DNA of 64,000 nt from a virus (lineage: Duplodnaviria > Caudoviricetes). Under the pieces are notes generated by a model, which was not told where the DNA came from, made no database searches, and saw only the letters and a list, made by a program, of their open reading frames with translations. Below are positions 55,942-64,000 of the stretch, piece after piece. The stretch spans positions 8,447 to 72,446 of the IMG/VR virus record IMGVR_UViG_3300005805_009498; one strand, written 5' to 3'. Position 1 is the stretch's first letter. The number at the start of each line of letters is the position of its first letter. The position numbers and the translations under genes were made by a program.

Positions 55942-56462
55942 TGTATGTTGTATCCTTCTATTATTTCTAATATCTGTTCTTCTGTGTATTCGTCTGTATC
56001 AAGGATTATATCATAGTCTTTAAAGTTCGAGAAAGTTTTTTTATCCCGAGATATTCTTTTTAGTATCTGCAGAACGGAATCCCCTCTCTCTGTGGATCTT
56101 TTTATCCTTGTTACCAATGGAGCGGTAAGCTGTATTACCAGGGTTGATTCTGAAAGTTCGGAGGTTCTTAACTTAGATATGGCCTTTGGTGTCAATATGA
56201 AAATTTGACGTGCTTCCAGGTCTCTCATGGAAGTTCCATAATAGTCCCCAAAAACATCATCATATTCAAAGAAAAAATCCTGTTGTATAAGTTCTTCGAA
56301 CCTTTCCCTAGAAACAAAGTGATAATCATGACCCTCTATTTCGTTTTCTCTCATTGGACGGGTCGTGTAAGAAACCGAAGGATTAAGGTTTCTTTGTATC
56401 AATGACTGTTTTATCGTTGTTTTTCCCGAACAGGAGGGACCGCAAAGAACTATTCTTTTCAT
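55938..56462 (-). CDS. gmk: Guanylate kinase-like NMP kinase
   Basis: GPSCSGKTT P-loop, SYTTRPMRENEIEGHDYHFVS and YYGTS. Confidence 0.92.
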   Translation of the reverse strand: MKRIVLCGPSCSGKTTIKQSLIQRNLNPSVSYTTRPMRENEIEGHDYHFVSRERFEELIQQDFFFEYDDVFGDYYGTSMRDLEARQIFILTPKAISKLRTSELSESTLVIQLTAPLVTRIKRSTERGDSVLQILKRISRDKKTFSNFKDYDIILDTDEYTEEQILEIIEGYNIQ

Positions 56463-57694
56463 ATCACAAACCCCACTTTACTTTTCTTTTCCTTTACATT
56501 ATGATATAATACGGTTCTTTGGTTTTTCAACGAATATATGTCGGCCAAAGACATTTCACGATCAGCTTCCTTTTCTATTTTTAGATGCTTTAGCAGAAGA
56601 TTGGATTCTTCTATGCTAAGATTGGTGAATTCCTTCCTTGCAAGCAGTCTTTCTGGTCGAAGCAAAGCGGAATCGATGAACTCAAGGTTTGTGTTGAACG
56701 TTAGTATTATTTGTGTTCCTAATATGTCGTTTAGTATTCCATCTGTTATATTCAAGAGGTTAGATATTCCAAGACTTCTAACACCGGAATCTCGACTTTC
56801 GACAAGTGTTTCGGCATCCTCTAGCAATATTATCGTCGGATTGTTTTGCTCTAAAATCCAATCGGACAAGAACGTTATGAAATTTGGGTCCAAGAAAGAA
56901 TCTATGAAATTCGAAGGAACATAGAGAACGTTCTTCTTGCTCTTGACTAAATCCTTTAGTAACATTCTTATGTAATAGGTTTTTCCTGTTCCAGGTTCTC
57001 CGTGAAATATTATGAGTCCTTTACTATCGGTCTTTAATAATGACGATAGTTTCTTATGAAACTCAGAGAATTTTTCTCCATAATGAAGATCAAGTTCCTG
57101 GGCAGAAAGATTTTTTGCACCCTTTCCAAGATTGTATTCCTTTACATACATCCCCTCTGGAGTAGATCCAATTATTCCTATTATCGGTGAGTCTTCGTCT
57201 ATGAATTGACTTGCTCGTTGATAACAGGAAAGCAACATATCTTTAGAAAGTTGTTCGCACTGTTCTCTTAGCTCTTCTACGAACGATATCTCACTATTGC
57301 TGATCTCCAATATTTTTCTTTGAACATCGTCTATTTTTTGCGAATATTCCTTCGTACTAAACTGTACAAGAATATCACAGTTCTCGTTCTGATAAGTTTC
57401 GGTCCTTATGCGATCTATGAGATATTTTTCGGATGCATCTTTAACTAGGTTTTCCCTAAATTCTTCGTTATTCACGGTGTCATCGAAAGCTGTGCTGCAA
57501 TATGAGGATGCGCATTTAAACCCTTTTTCTGCTAAAAAAGATCTTACTTTATCGAGATTTAAAGTACATGTGTTTAAAATAGAGGACGTTGGTTTTTCAT
57601 GGATCCTTGACAAATAGCTCGTAGAATTAAATTGATATGCCGACGTTCTATTTCCATGCAAACCGTTGTATGGTCCTTCAGCTAAGCTTAACAT
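56459..57694 (-). CDS. AAA+ ATPase (classical AAA clade)
   Basis: Walker A GEPGTGKT, Walker B ILLEDAE, NLLNITDG, and second region of homology DSALLRPERL. Confidence 0.9.
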   Translation of the reverse strand: MLSLAEGPYNGLHGNRTSAYQFNSTSYLSRIHEKPTSSILNTCTLNLDKVRSFLAEKGFKCASSYCSTAFDDTVNNEEFRENLVKDASEKYLIDRIRTETYQNENCDILVQFSTKEYSQKIDDVQRKILEISNSEISFVEELREQCEQLSKDMLLSCYQRASQFIDEDSPIIGIIGSTPEGMYVKEYNLGKGAKNLSAQELDLHYGEKFSEFHKKLSSLLKTDSKGLIIFHGEPGTGKTYYIRMLLKDLVKSKKNVLYVPSNFIDSFLDPNFITFLSDWILEQNNPTIILLEDAETLVESRDSGVRSLGISNLLNITDGILNDILGTQIILTFNTNLEFIDSALLRPERLLARKEFTNLSIEESNLLLKHLKIEKEADREMSLADIYSLKNQRTVLYHNVKEKKSKVGFVI

Positions 57695-57944
57695 ATTTCC
57701 CCGCTATTCTTAAAAATTTTGCGTTATCAATCAGATTGAAATCTGTATCGCTAAAGAAGACCAATGGATAATTCAACCATTCGCTCACGCAATACATTAC
57801 TATTCTCTTATCGCCTAATTTTATTATGGTTTCCCTCGATGCGGGGTTCTCTCTAAAAGAATCAATCTCTATAAGGTCGGGTCTTTTTAGCAATTCCCCG
57901 TATACAATGTGAGCCTTTGAGGGTTTAAATTTATTCATTAACAT
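57678..57944 (-). CDS. Hypothetical protein
   Basis: 88 aa, overlaps the ATPase start. Confidence 0.6.
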   Translation of the reverse strand: MLMNKFKPSKAHIVYGELLKRPDLIEIDSFRENPASRETIIKLGDKRIVMYCVSEWLNYPLVFFSDTDFNLIDNAKFLRIAGKYVKLS

Positions 57945-57992
57945 TGTAGGTTTTCCTGTGATAAAATCTTAATTATTATTTCATAGACCTAA

Positions 57993-58002
57993 CTTATATA
58001 TG
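57993..58002 (-). promoter_or_regulatory. Candidate promoter motif CATATATAAG for the leftward 57944 operon
   Basis: In the divergent region, overlapping the ATG of the plus-strand gene. Confidence 0.35.
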
Positions 58003-59256
58003 TTCTACCAAGCATTTGAACTATTCGAACAGTTTAAATATTCCGAGTGTTTAGGAATGTTCGAAGAAATATCTTTAAACACCGAGGATCCTAAATTTAA
58101 GTACTGGTCTCTCGTATTTTTAGGAAGATGCAAAAGAAAGCTTTCGATACCGGGTGAATTATCGCACTTTGAAGAGGCTATGTCACTTTTCCCTGATAGG
58201 GCGGAAGCCATATTTGAAATGGGAAACAGTCATTATCTGCACAGAAACTTCGAAGAGGCCGAAAAATTTTTAAAGATGTCGTATTCGTGCGACAAGAACC
58301 ATCAATGTATCAGATATGAGTTTGAAAAATATTTTGAAGAACCGCACGAAATTTTGATCGACATATATTTAAGACAAAAAAGGTTCAATGAGGCAGAGGA
58401 ATTGATAACAGGATTAATTCTAAACGGGAGAAAAGACCTTTATAACGTTAAGAACGCCGAACATAACCTTCTTTACTCGAGATTTTTCAATAACGCGGGT
58501 CTTGAGTTTATGAAATCAAGAACCATACAGACTTCTGATACATTGATAATACAGTTAACAAACGGATACGATGGCCTTGGAGACAATCTGGTTTTCAGCC
58601 ACATACCAAGGATAGCAAAAGAATCTGGAAAATTTAAAAGGGTCCTTATTTCAAATCAAAACAAATACAAAGGAGAAGATTACCCTAAATTGGTATGGGA
58701 AACAAATCCTTATGTTGATGGCTTTACCGATCTTCCGGGAACCTATTCTTCGATACAGATGAACCGAGTGTTAGATAAATGGAACAACATACACGATTCC
58801 TTAAACCTAATGGACAGCATAATGTTGCTACATAATTTAGACGATGGGAAAAGGAATCATATGCCGGAGTGCTATTATAAGCCCAAAGTTATAGAATCAC
58901 TGAAAGACAAAGTGATTTTTGACGTTGGAACAAAAACGTTAAATACCTCCATCATCAATAAGGATAAACTTACAAGCATATTAAAGGAAAACGGTATATT
59001 TCCTGACTACATCGTAGGAGCTTCGACGCATGAGAATTCTATAAAACTAGAAGGAGTAGAACAACTAAACCCTGCATCTATATGGGATTGGGCAGATATG
59101 ATGTATAGCGCAAAACACTACGTCTGTTTCAACAGCGGAGGATATTGGTTATCCGGGGCATTGGGAATAAAAGCTAAACACATTTGGGTGGAAACAAAGA
59201 ATTTACCCGCATGGTCATTTCTCGATCACGAAAACATAAAAATAGACGTTGAGTAA
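58000..59256 (+). CDS. TPR-domain protein fused to a GT9-like (GT-B) glycosyltransferase
   Basis: N-terminal TPRs (FPDRAEAIFEMGNSHY...); GLGDNL and YVCFNSGGYWLSGALGIK parallel the GT9 GD and DSGxxHLAxAxG motifs. Confidence 0.7.
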   Translation: MFYQAFELFEQFKYSECLGMFEEISLNTEDPKFKYWSLVFLGRCKRKLSIPGELSHFEEAMSLFPDRAEAIFEMGNSHYLHRNFEEAEKFLKMSYSCDKNHQCIRYEFEKYFEEPHEILIDIYLRQKRFNEAEELITGLILNGRKDLYNVKNAEHNLLYSRFFNNAGLEFMKSRTIQTSDTLIIQLTNGYDGLGDNLVFSHIPRIAKESGKFKRVLISNQNKYKGEDYPKLVWETNPYVDGFTDLPGTYSSIQMNRVLDKWNNIHDSLNLMDSIMLLHNLDDGKRNHMPECYYKPKVIESLKDKVIFDVGTKTLNTSIINKDKLTSILKENGIFPDYIVGASTHENSIKLEGVEQLNPASIWDWADMMYSAKHYVCFNSGGYWLSGALGIKAKHIWVETKNLPAWSFLDHENIKIDVE

Positions 59257-59263
59257 TTAAATG

Positions 59264-59317
59264 TACCTTATCGGGTATAAATGTGTGTTGAGGGAAATAA
59301 TTATACCCGATAGGGTA
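59264..59317. terminator. 17-bp inverted repeat with a 20-nt loop between convergent genes
   Basis: taccttatcgggtataa ... ttatacccgatagggta (one G-T pair); no U-tract. Confidence 0.55.
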
Positions 59318-59551
59318 TTACCACTTATCTAACGGACACTTTGAATCGGTCAGTTTTGCCTTCGCATCAAGAAAACACCCACACTGTAAACACCTTGCAG
59401 GCAGTGACTCTGCGCTATAGAAGCTACAACGTTGACATGTGTTAAGTCTTTCGTTGTAAACAGAATCATCCACCGTTATGGACGAAATTGATTGTTGAAC
59501 CTTATCTATGACGGTGGAAACGAGGTTCTTTTTCTTACAGTTACAACCCAT
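59318..59551 (-). CDS. Small Cys-rich protein, DUF6171-like
   Basis: ERLNTCQRC...CLQCGCFLDAKAKL...KCPLDKW. Confidence 0.8.
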   Translation of the reverse strand: MGCNCKKKNLVSTVIDKVQQSISSITVDDSVYNERLNTCQRCSFYSAESLPARCLQCGCFLDAKAKLTDSKCPLDKW

Positions 59552-60038
59552 TTTTAAACTCCGAAAATGTTTTTATAGTTCTTAGATTATCAAAGGATTC
59601 CGCTGTTATCCTCTGTGGTTCGACCATGTTCTTTGAAGGTCCAGGAACATAGAAGTTATCATGATATCCTAAAAGTTCCATATCAGTTATATCTCCGCTG
59701 TCATCAACTTTAACAATAGAATCGGGATTAAGTTCAACCTCTTTGTTTCCGTTGGACCTTATTATCACCGTTCCAACGTTGCCCTTTTCGTCTGTTATTA
59801 TTTTTGTTATTACACCCTTGTGAAGCTTTTCTGATTTTTTCCTTGACCTTTTTCCTATCACAACCTCTCCAACGTTTAACTGTTTTGAGTAGTCGACATC
59901 ATTTCTTCCATCTACGGACGGAAGACCAGTGTCACGTATGTCTCTAATTCTTACCCTGAACGCGGGATTCTCATAGTTGGAATACGCATCCTGTGTAGAA
60001 TTTTGAAAGGGAAAAGTACCAGAGGTTATAGAAGACAT
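59541..60038 (-). CDS. Hypothetical protein with an SH3/KOW-like domain, putative head protein
   Basis: LNVGEVVIG...GVITKI...EVELNPDSI; C-terminal IKTFSEF motif. Confidence 0.6.
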   Translation of the reverse strand: MSSITSGTFPFQNSTQDAYSNYENPAFRVRIRDIRDTGLPSVDGRNDVDYSKQLNVGEVVIGKRSRKKSEKLHKGVITKIITDEKGNVGTVIIRSNGNKEVELNPDSIVKVDDSGDITDMELLGYHDNFYVPGPSKNMVEPQRITAESFDNLRTIKTFSEFKNGL

Positions 60039-60045
60039 GTTTTAG

Positions 60046-60273
60046 TTACTTCTTTTTTCTATTTGTATAGGATTCTTCCTCAGGAGGGTTTGTCCCAAGC
60101 TCAAAGAAATGATGAGATACATCTTCCAGATCGTTGTTAATTAGGTCGTTTGTGATATCGTCCTGTATGTCTAGTGGTCTACCCTTTGAGTACTGATGTA
60201 TCTTTTTGAAAAAATCTACGGGAACTCCCGAGTGTAGGGATTCGTTCATCCATTTGTTGAATTTCTTTACCAT
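60046..60273 (-). CDS. Small putative internal head protein
   Basis: N-terminal MVKKFNKWMNES; the promoter motif lies 21 nt upstream. Confidence 0.6.
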   Translation of the reverse strand: MVKKFNKWMNESLHSGVPVDFFKKIHQYSKGRPLDIQDDITNDLINNDLEDVSHHFFELGTNPPEEESYTNRKKK

Positions 60274-60291
60274 TGGGCATTAATTTTTACT

Positions 60292-62991
60292 CTAGTATAT
60301 ATCGCGTCTTAAGAATTCTATCCAATCTTTTCCGTCATAAACCAAGAAAAGTCTTGAATTGTATTTTTCATTTCCCCATTGATCGGTGGATATTATCACC
60401 CTTTGGTCCCCAGAATTACCTGTCAGAAGCTCTCCGTTTGTTAGGGTGACGCCCAAAAAAGGATATATTAGGTTGTTTATCTCCAACACTAAAACCTGCC
60501 CTCTTTTTCCCGGGGATATTTTTATCCTGTAATCTAGGGCAGAATTTCCAATTTCATCTTCGCTAAACTCTAACTTATAATATGATTTTTCGACATTTAA
60601 CCCTATGTAATAAGGTGAAGGATTTAGGGTTATTATATTTATTTTGAATACCGCGGGGTTTATAAAGTCCTCTAAACTTAAGTCAACCTCTTTTTTCTTT
60701 TCCCCGTTTGGACCGGTTACTATCACGGGTCCAGTAGGACTAGTTTGATAAGGATTAAACTTATCTTCTATGTTTGAACAATCTTTATACGAAAGCATTC
60801 TTTCTCCTAGAATGGTTTTTCCGTTTATTATCTGTGTTTGATCCTTTAAAATAAACGTGGTAACGGGATATTCGTATGTTGGATTTCCTATATTTGTAAC
60901 AACCCCTGATGCAGAGGTTGAAGTTTGTTGTATCTTTATTCTTCTTATTATCTGTCTACCATCGGGAGCAGGAGAGGGATCGCAATATTCGGTCGTTCTG
61001 ACCTCTCCTCTTGTAGCCGGAATACACACATAGAAATCGTTCCATGCGGGGTTATTAGGAGATGGGTCACCGATAAAAATTCCATCGATCACCCTTTTAT
61101 AAGTTGAATATGCAAGCTCGGGTGTATCATACATCCCGGATTTGACTATCGAACATGCAGTTTCCTGATCCCATGCCCTAGATTCGTAACCCAGCCAACT
61201 TTTTGTTTCCATGTCTTTAGCTCTGGTAAAATATCTCCCGTTGCGTGTCCATTGAGCAGGATTACCTAGTTTACCAGGAGCCATGAATATCCATGTTAAA
61301 AATGAGAATACGTTATTTTTAATTGCTCCAGCCGAAGAGTTTAATAAAATTACCTCTGAACCCCCATCGTTATCAATGTATTCTACGTAACCTATGGAAT
61401 TTATTCTATCGGTTGTGGTTGATCCCAAAGAGTTGGGAAGTAGATCTGGTTTTGTTATTATTTTCCTTCTGTATTGGTTAAGGTTATCGGATACAACCTT
61501 TTTTAGATCGGTCGAAGTCTCACATTCTATGATGTTCACAACCGATTGGTCGGTTGAAAAAGGGACCGTTATAAGATCGAGCAATTCCTTTCCCGTCGAA
61601 TTGTTTTTGTATTGCTTGAACTTATAAAAAGGAAAGAACTTTGACCCAATGAATCTTTCTGGATTAGAAGTGTTTAAATAGGGAGAAACATCGCCCTTTT
61701 CAACAGGAGACCTATCGACAACGTATTGTATTAGGTTTGATAAGAAGTACTTTCTTCTTGCTTTTATGAATCCTCCGTTGGACTCAAGATTTCCTGGTTC
61801 ATCGATCGGGCTTTGACCGCTTCCTTGATAATACGTCGTCAGTCTAGTCATGAATATTGAAGGACTGTTAGAATATATGTCTCCGGAATAAAGATCGGAG
61901 AAGGGTTCCCAATATATGTTATCATAACTCATCAAAAGGTCAACATCTGGCCTTCCCCTGGTTGCTGCTTCTGCGGATATAGCCGACAGCCAGTCCTCTA
62001 AAACGTTTGATTCCGTATACGCGAATGTCGGTATAGTCACCTGTTTTGGAACAACCGAAGAAGGTTCGTATTCCTCTGACGCGTTTCTTAATGTTATGTC
62101 CGTGTTTAACCAATTAAGCAAAACAGAGGAATCAATCCTAAGTGAAAGATTATCGGTAGACTGTGAAAATATCATCCCATTGTATATGGTCTTTAAAACA
62201 TCGGAAAGTTGAACGTAAGTTATGTCGGTCTTATCGTTTGTCGTTACAGGATACAAGAAATGACCCCACCCGGTCTTCAAAGAATTTTTGGTCGTAAAAT
62301 TTGACCTTAGATAGGTTGGAATAGTTTGTTCGTAATAGAAGCTTTTTTCTCCAAGAAGGGACGTATTAGTAAAATCGGAATATTGACCCCCTAAAGAAGA
62401 GTCTATTAAATAAGCCCTGATTGTGTAATGGAACTGTAGGTTCTTTATCTTGTTATTTCCCACTGTTCTTTCAATGAGGTCAAGCTTATTTACAAACATA
62501 ACAAGCCTTATTCCAACTTCGCCGGAATCAAATAGTCCCTCGGAGACTGTTTTTCCGGTCGGTTTAATTGAATCAATGGCTAAATATGCAGCATCAACTC
62601 CAAGGTTTATGTTTGCAAACGATTGCAAAGACACACCGGATGCATCCTTGTTATTTATGGGAGGAGGAGAATTGTTGTACCCAATTAACACCGCGTTCAT
62701 GTACCATAAATCTGATATATTTGAAAGGTATTTAAGACCCTTAAATTGAAAATGATAACGACCGTTGTGATTTATGTCATAAACAATGTTGTTATCTAAC
62801 CCGCTATCTTCAAAGCTATAGTATCTTCCATATGCGCCGGGTATATCGGTTTCATATACCCTAGTATCTATATAAGTAATGTTTGCGCATTCATTCAAAG
62901 ACTGATTAAACAGAGTGTAATCCGTATTCGGATAAGATACTAGATACGGATACCCAGTAGCAAGTCTAAGAAATGGAATTTTTTTTATCAT
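60292..62991 (-). CDS. Large putative virion/fibre-associated protein (899 aa; real start at 62991)
   Basis: ATG in a TAATG overlap; C-terminal YNSRLFLVYDGKDWIEFLRR module shared with its neighbour. Confidence 0.7.
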   Translation of the reverse strand: MIKKIPFLRLATGYPYLVSYPNTDYTLFNQSLNECANITYIDTRVYETDIPGAYGRYYSFEDSGLDNNIVYDINHNGRYHFQFKGLKYLSNISDLWYMNAVLIGYNNSPPPINNKDASGVSLQSFANINLGVDAAYLAIDSIKPTGKTVSEGLFDSGEVGIRLVMFVNKLDLIERTVGNNKIKNLQFHYTIRAYLIDSSLGGQYSDFTNTSLLGEKSFYYEQTIPTYLRSNFTTKNSLKTGWGHFLYPVTTNDKTDITYVQLSDVLKTIYNGMIFSQSTDNLSLRIDSSVLLNWLNTDITLRNASEEYEPSSVVPKQVTIPTFAYTESNVLEDWLSAISAEAATRGRPDVDLLMSYDNIYWEPFSDLYSGDIYSNSPSIFMTRLTTYYQGSGQSPIDEPGNLESNGGFIKARRKYFLSNLIQYVVDRSPVEKGDVSPYLNTSNPERFIGSKFFPFYKFKQYKNNSTGKELLDLITVPFSTDQSVVNIIECETSTDLKKVVSDNLNQYRRKIITKPDLLPNSLGSTTTDRINSIGYVEYIDNDGGSEVILLNSSAGAIKNNVFSFLTWIFMAPGKLGNPAQWTRNGRYFTRAKDMETKSWLGYESRAWDQETACSIVKSGMYDTPELAYSTYKRVIDGIFIGDPSPNNPAWNDFYVCIPATRGEVRTTEYCDPSPAPDGRQIIRRIKIQQTSTSASGVVTNIGNPTYEYPVTTFILKDQTQIINGKTILGERMLSYKDCSNIEDKFNPYQTSPTGPVIVTGPNGEKKKEVDLSLEDFINPAVFKINIITLNPSPYYIGLNVEKSYYKLEFSEDEIGNSALDYRIKISPGKRGQVLVLEINNLIYPFLGVTLTNGELLTGNSGDQRVIISTDQWGNEKYNSRLFLVYDGKDWIEFLRRDIY
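60295..60303 (-). promoter_or_regulatory. Candidate promoter motif GATATATAC
   Basis: Overlaps the last codons of the upstream gene, 21 nt before the 60273 ATG. Confidence 0.45.
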
Positions 62992-63515
62992 TACACCGTA
63001 TATAAAAATCTGCTTAATTCTATCCAATTAAACCCGTCGGAAACAAACAATATAGACGCGCGATTATACGCATTGACATCGGTGGGATCGACCACTATGT
63101 CTTCGTTTTCCTTTAACAAAATGCAACCGGTCCCTGACACCAAGAGTTGATTTGCCAAAATTTTTAACCCACCTCCTGTGGGCGCGGAAGAAAACAACAC
63201 CAACAGGATTTTTGCAGGAGGTTCGGCAAAATCAAAGGTTATCCGGAAATTATCGATATCGTTTGGATCGGTGTTAACAGCCCTATCCGAAGTCAATGAA
63301 ATGTAGGATGTGCCGGAAGTAGAAACTTCGTAAGGTGGATTATCGCTAACTATTTGTATGTCCGAAGGATCGTCAAATACCAAAGAATTTATTGTTAATT
63401 CTCCCAATACATCGATAGTATCAGGGGTGTTATCAACACTCTGAACAAGATATGTATTCTGAGTAGGATAAATTGGAATTCCATTTACCCAATATAAGGG
63501 TTCTTGTACTGGCAT
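62991..63515 (-). CDS. Putative fibre/decoration protein
   Basis: 174 aa, beta-rich, C-terminal YNRASILFVSDGFNWIELSR. Confidence 0.65.
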   Translation of the reverse strand: MPVQEPLYWVNGIPIYPTQNTYLVQSVDNTPDTIDVLGELTINSLVFDDPSDIQIVSDNPPYEVSTSGTSYISLTSDRAVNTDPNDIDNFRITFDFAEPPAKILLVLFSSAPTGGGLKILANQLLVSGTGCILLKENEDIVVDPTDVNAYNRASILFVSDGFNWIELSRFLYTV

Positions 63516-63516
63516 G

Positions 63517-64000
63517 TTATGCTGATATTAAGTAACCAAAAGATGTTGTAGAATCCATGTATATTATCAGTGTTTTATTTGTTGGAATGGTTATAGGAGA
63601 ACCTCCATTAATCGTAGCACTGAAAGCAAATGAAGAACTTGTATTAACTATAGTAAACACATGTGCTTCTCCTGTCGCAGGATTTCCTGAGAGTGTAAAT
63701 GAAACTGTGTATCCTGTATTATTTGGAGTATAGAACAATACCTTTTGAGATTCCGTTGATGTCAAATTTTGTGCAACATTGTTTGTTATTTGAATAGGTC
63801 CAGATTTATCTGGTGGACATGGGCAAGGACCACTTGGTCCCTGTGGACCTGAAGGGCCTTGTGGACCTGAAAGGCCTTGTGGACCTGAAGGGCCTTGTTG
63901 ACCTGAAGGGCCTTGTGGACCTGAAGGGCCTTGTGGACCTGAAGGGCCTTGTGGACCTGAAGGGCCTTGTGGACCTGAAGGGCCTTGTTGACCTGAAGGG
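63517..64000 (-). CDS. Collagen-like fibre protein, 5'-truncated by the window edge
   Basis: The frame of the listed 63517..63765 ORF stays open to the window end as (GPSGPQ)[11 protein letters not shown], followed by a beta-rich C-domain. Confidence 0.85.
   Translation of the reverse strand, partial: PSGQQGPSGPQGPSGPQGPSGPQGPSGPQGPSGQQGPSGPQGLSGPQGPSGPQGPSGPCPCPPDKSGPIQITNNVAQNLTSTESQKVLFYTPNNTGYTVSFTLSGNPATGEAHVFTIVNTSSSFAFSATINGGSPITIPTNKTLIIYMDSTTSFGYLISA
63842..64000 (-). repeat. 18-bp tandem repeat (about 9 copies visible) encoding GPSGPQ collagen hexapeptides
   Basis: tgtggacctgaagggcct repeated; copy 2 has an L variant, copies 4 and 9 have a Q variant. Confidence 0.95.

Noticed and set aside
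431-62749. Many short plus-strand ORFs in the track (e.g. 431..793, 664..1080 with SLVSC repeats, 5456..5806, 34759..35205)
   Set aside because: They are antisense shadows of long minus-strand genes with recognisable motifs, and show no independent start context or domains.
62992-63027. Listed start of the 911-aa ORF at 63027
   Set aside because: It overlaps the upstream gene; the TAATG-coupled ATG at 62991 fits the pattern seen elsewhere in the window.
63517-63765. Stand-alone 82-aa gene with a TTG start
   Set aside because: The frame is open to the window edge; this is the C-terminus of the collagen-like protein.
1-64000. Stop-codon reassignment as in some large phages
   Set aside because: Genes up to 2167 aa are intact in code 11; TAA, TGA and TAG (e.g. 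60292) all end genes right next to the following start.
1011-64000. CRISPR array or diversity-generating retroelement
   Set aside because: The 15-bp and 18-bp repeats have no spacers and are in-frame coding; no reverse transcriptase or template/variable repeat pair was seen.
1-64000. tRNA/rRNA genes, phage-nucleus (chimallin/PhuZ) genes, integrase or transposase
   Set aside because: No gap is large or structured enough for a tRNA, and none of these protein motifs was recognised; they may lie outside the window.

Overview
This is 64 kb of a large T4-like (myovirus-type) tailed phage genome in standard genetic code, densely packed with genes, almost all on the minus strand. It holds a virion morphogenesis region: gp23-like major capsid, gp21-like prohead protease fused to a 14-aa-repeat scaffold, gp13 neck, gp25/gp53/gp6/gp7/gp5/hub-like baseplate genes, several very large unannotated structural proteins, and collagen-like fibres. 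Interleaved accessory genes are a ribosomal protein S1 homologue, an amidoligase, a RuvC-like nuclease, four glycosyltransferases, a GH24 lysozyme, a guanylate kinase and an AAA ATPase. Mostly Shine-Dalgarno-free, A-rich leaders suggest a Bacteroidota-type host (inference). The standout is a terminator-bounded operon at 44286-49553. It encodes an MBD4-like mismatch glycosylase, a DUF6378-like helical protein, a cytosine-type thymidylate-synthase homologue (Asp at the Asn177 position) and a DUF707 glycosyltransferase. It also encodes a 350-aa protein whose N-half resembles the DNA/base-flipping domain of T4 beta-glucosyltransferase but whose C-half is an SGNH esterase/acyltransferase domain. 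Together these suggest a possibly undescribed cytosine hypermodification (acylation) system with its own deamination repair. A recurring NATATATA(G/C/A) motif upstream of genes is a candidate phage promoter. All family assignments come from motif recognition and recalled reference sequences; no database search was run. No tRNA, rRNA, CRISPR array or mobile element was seen.
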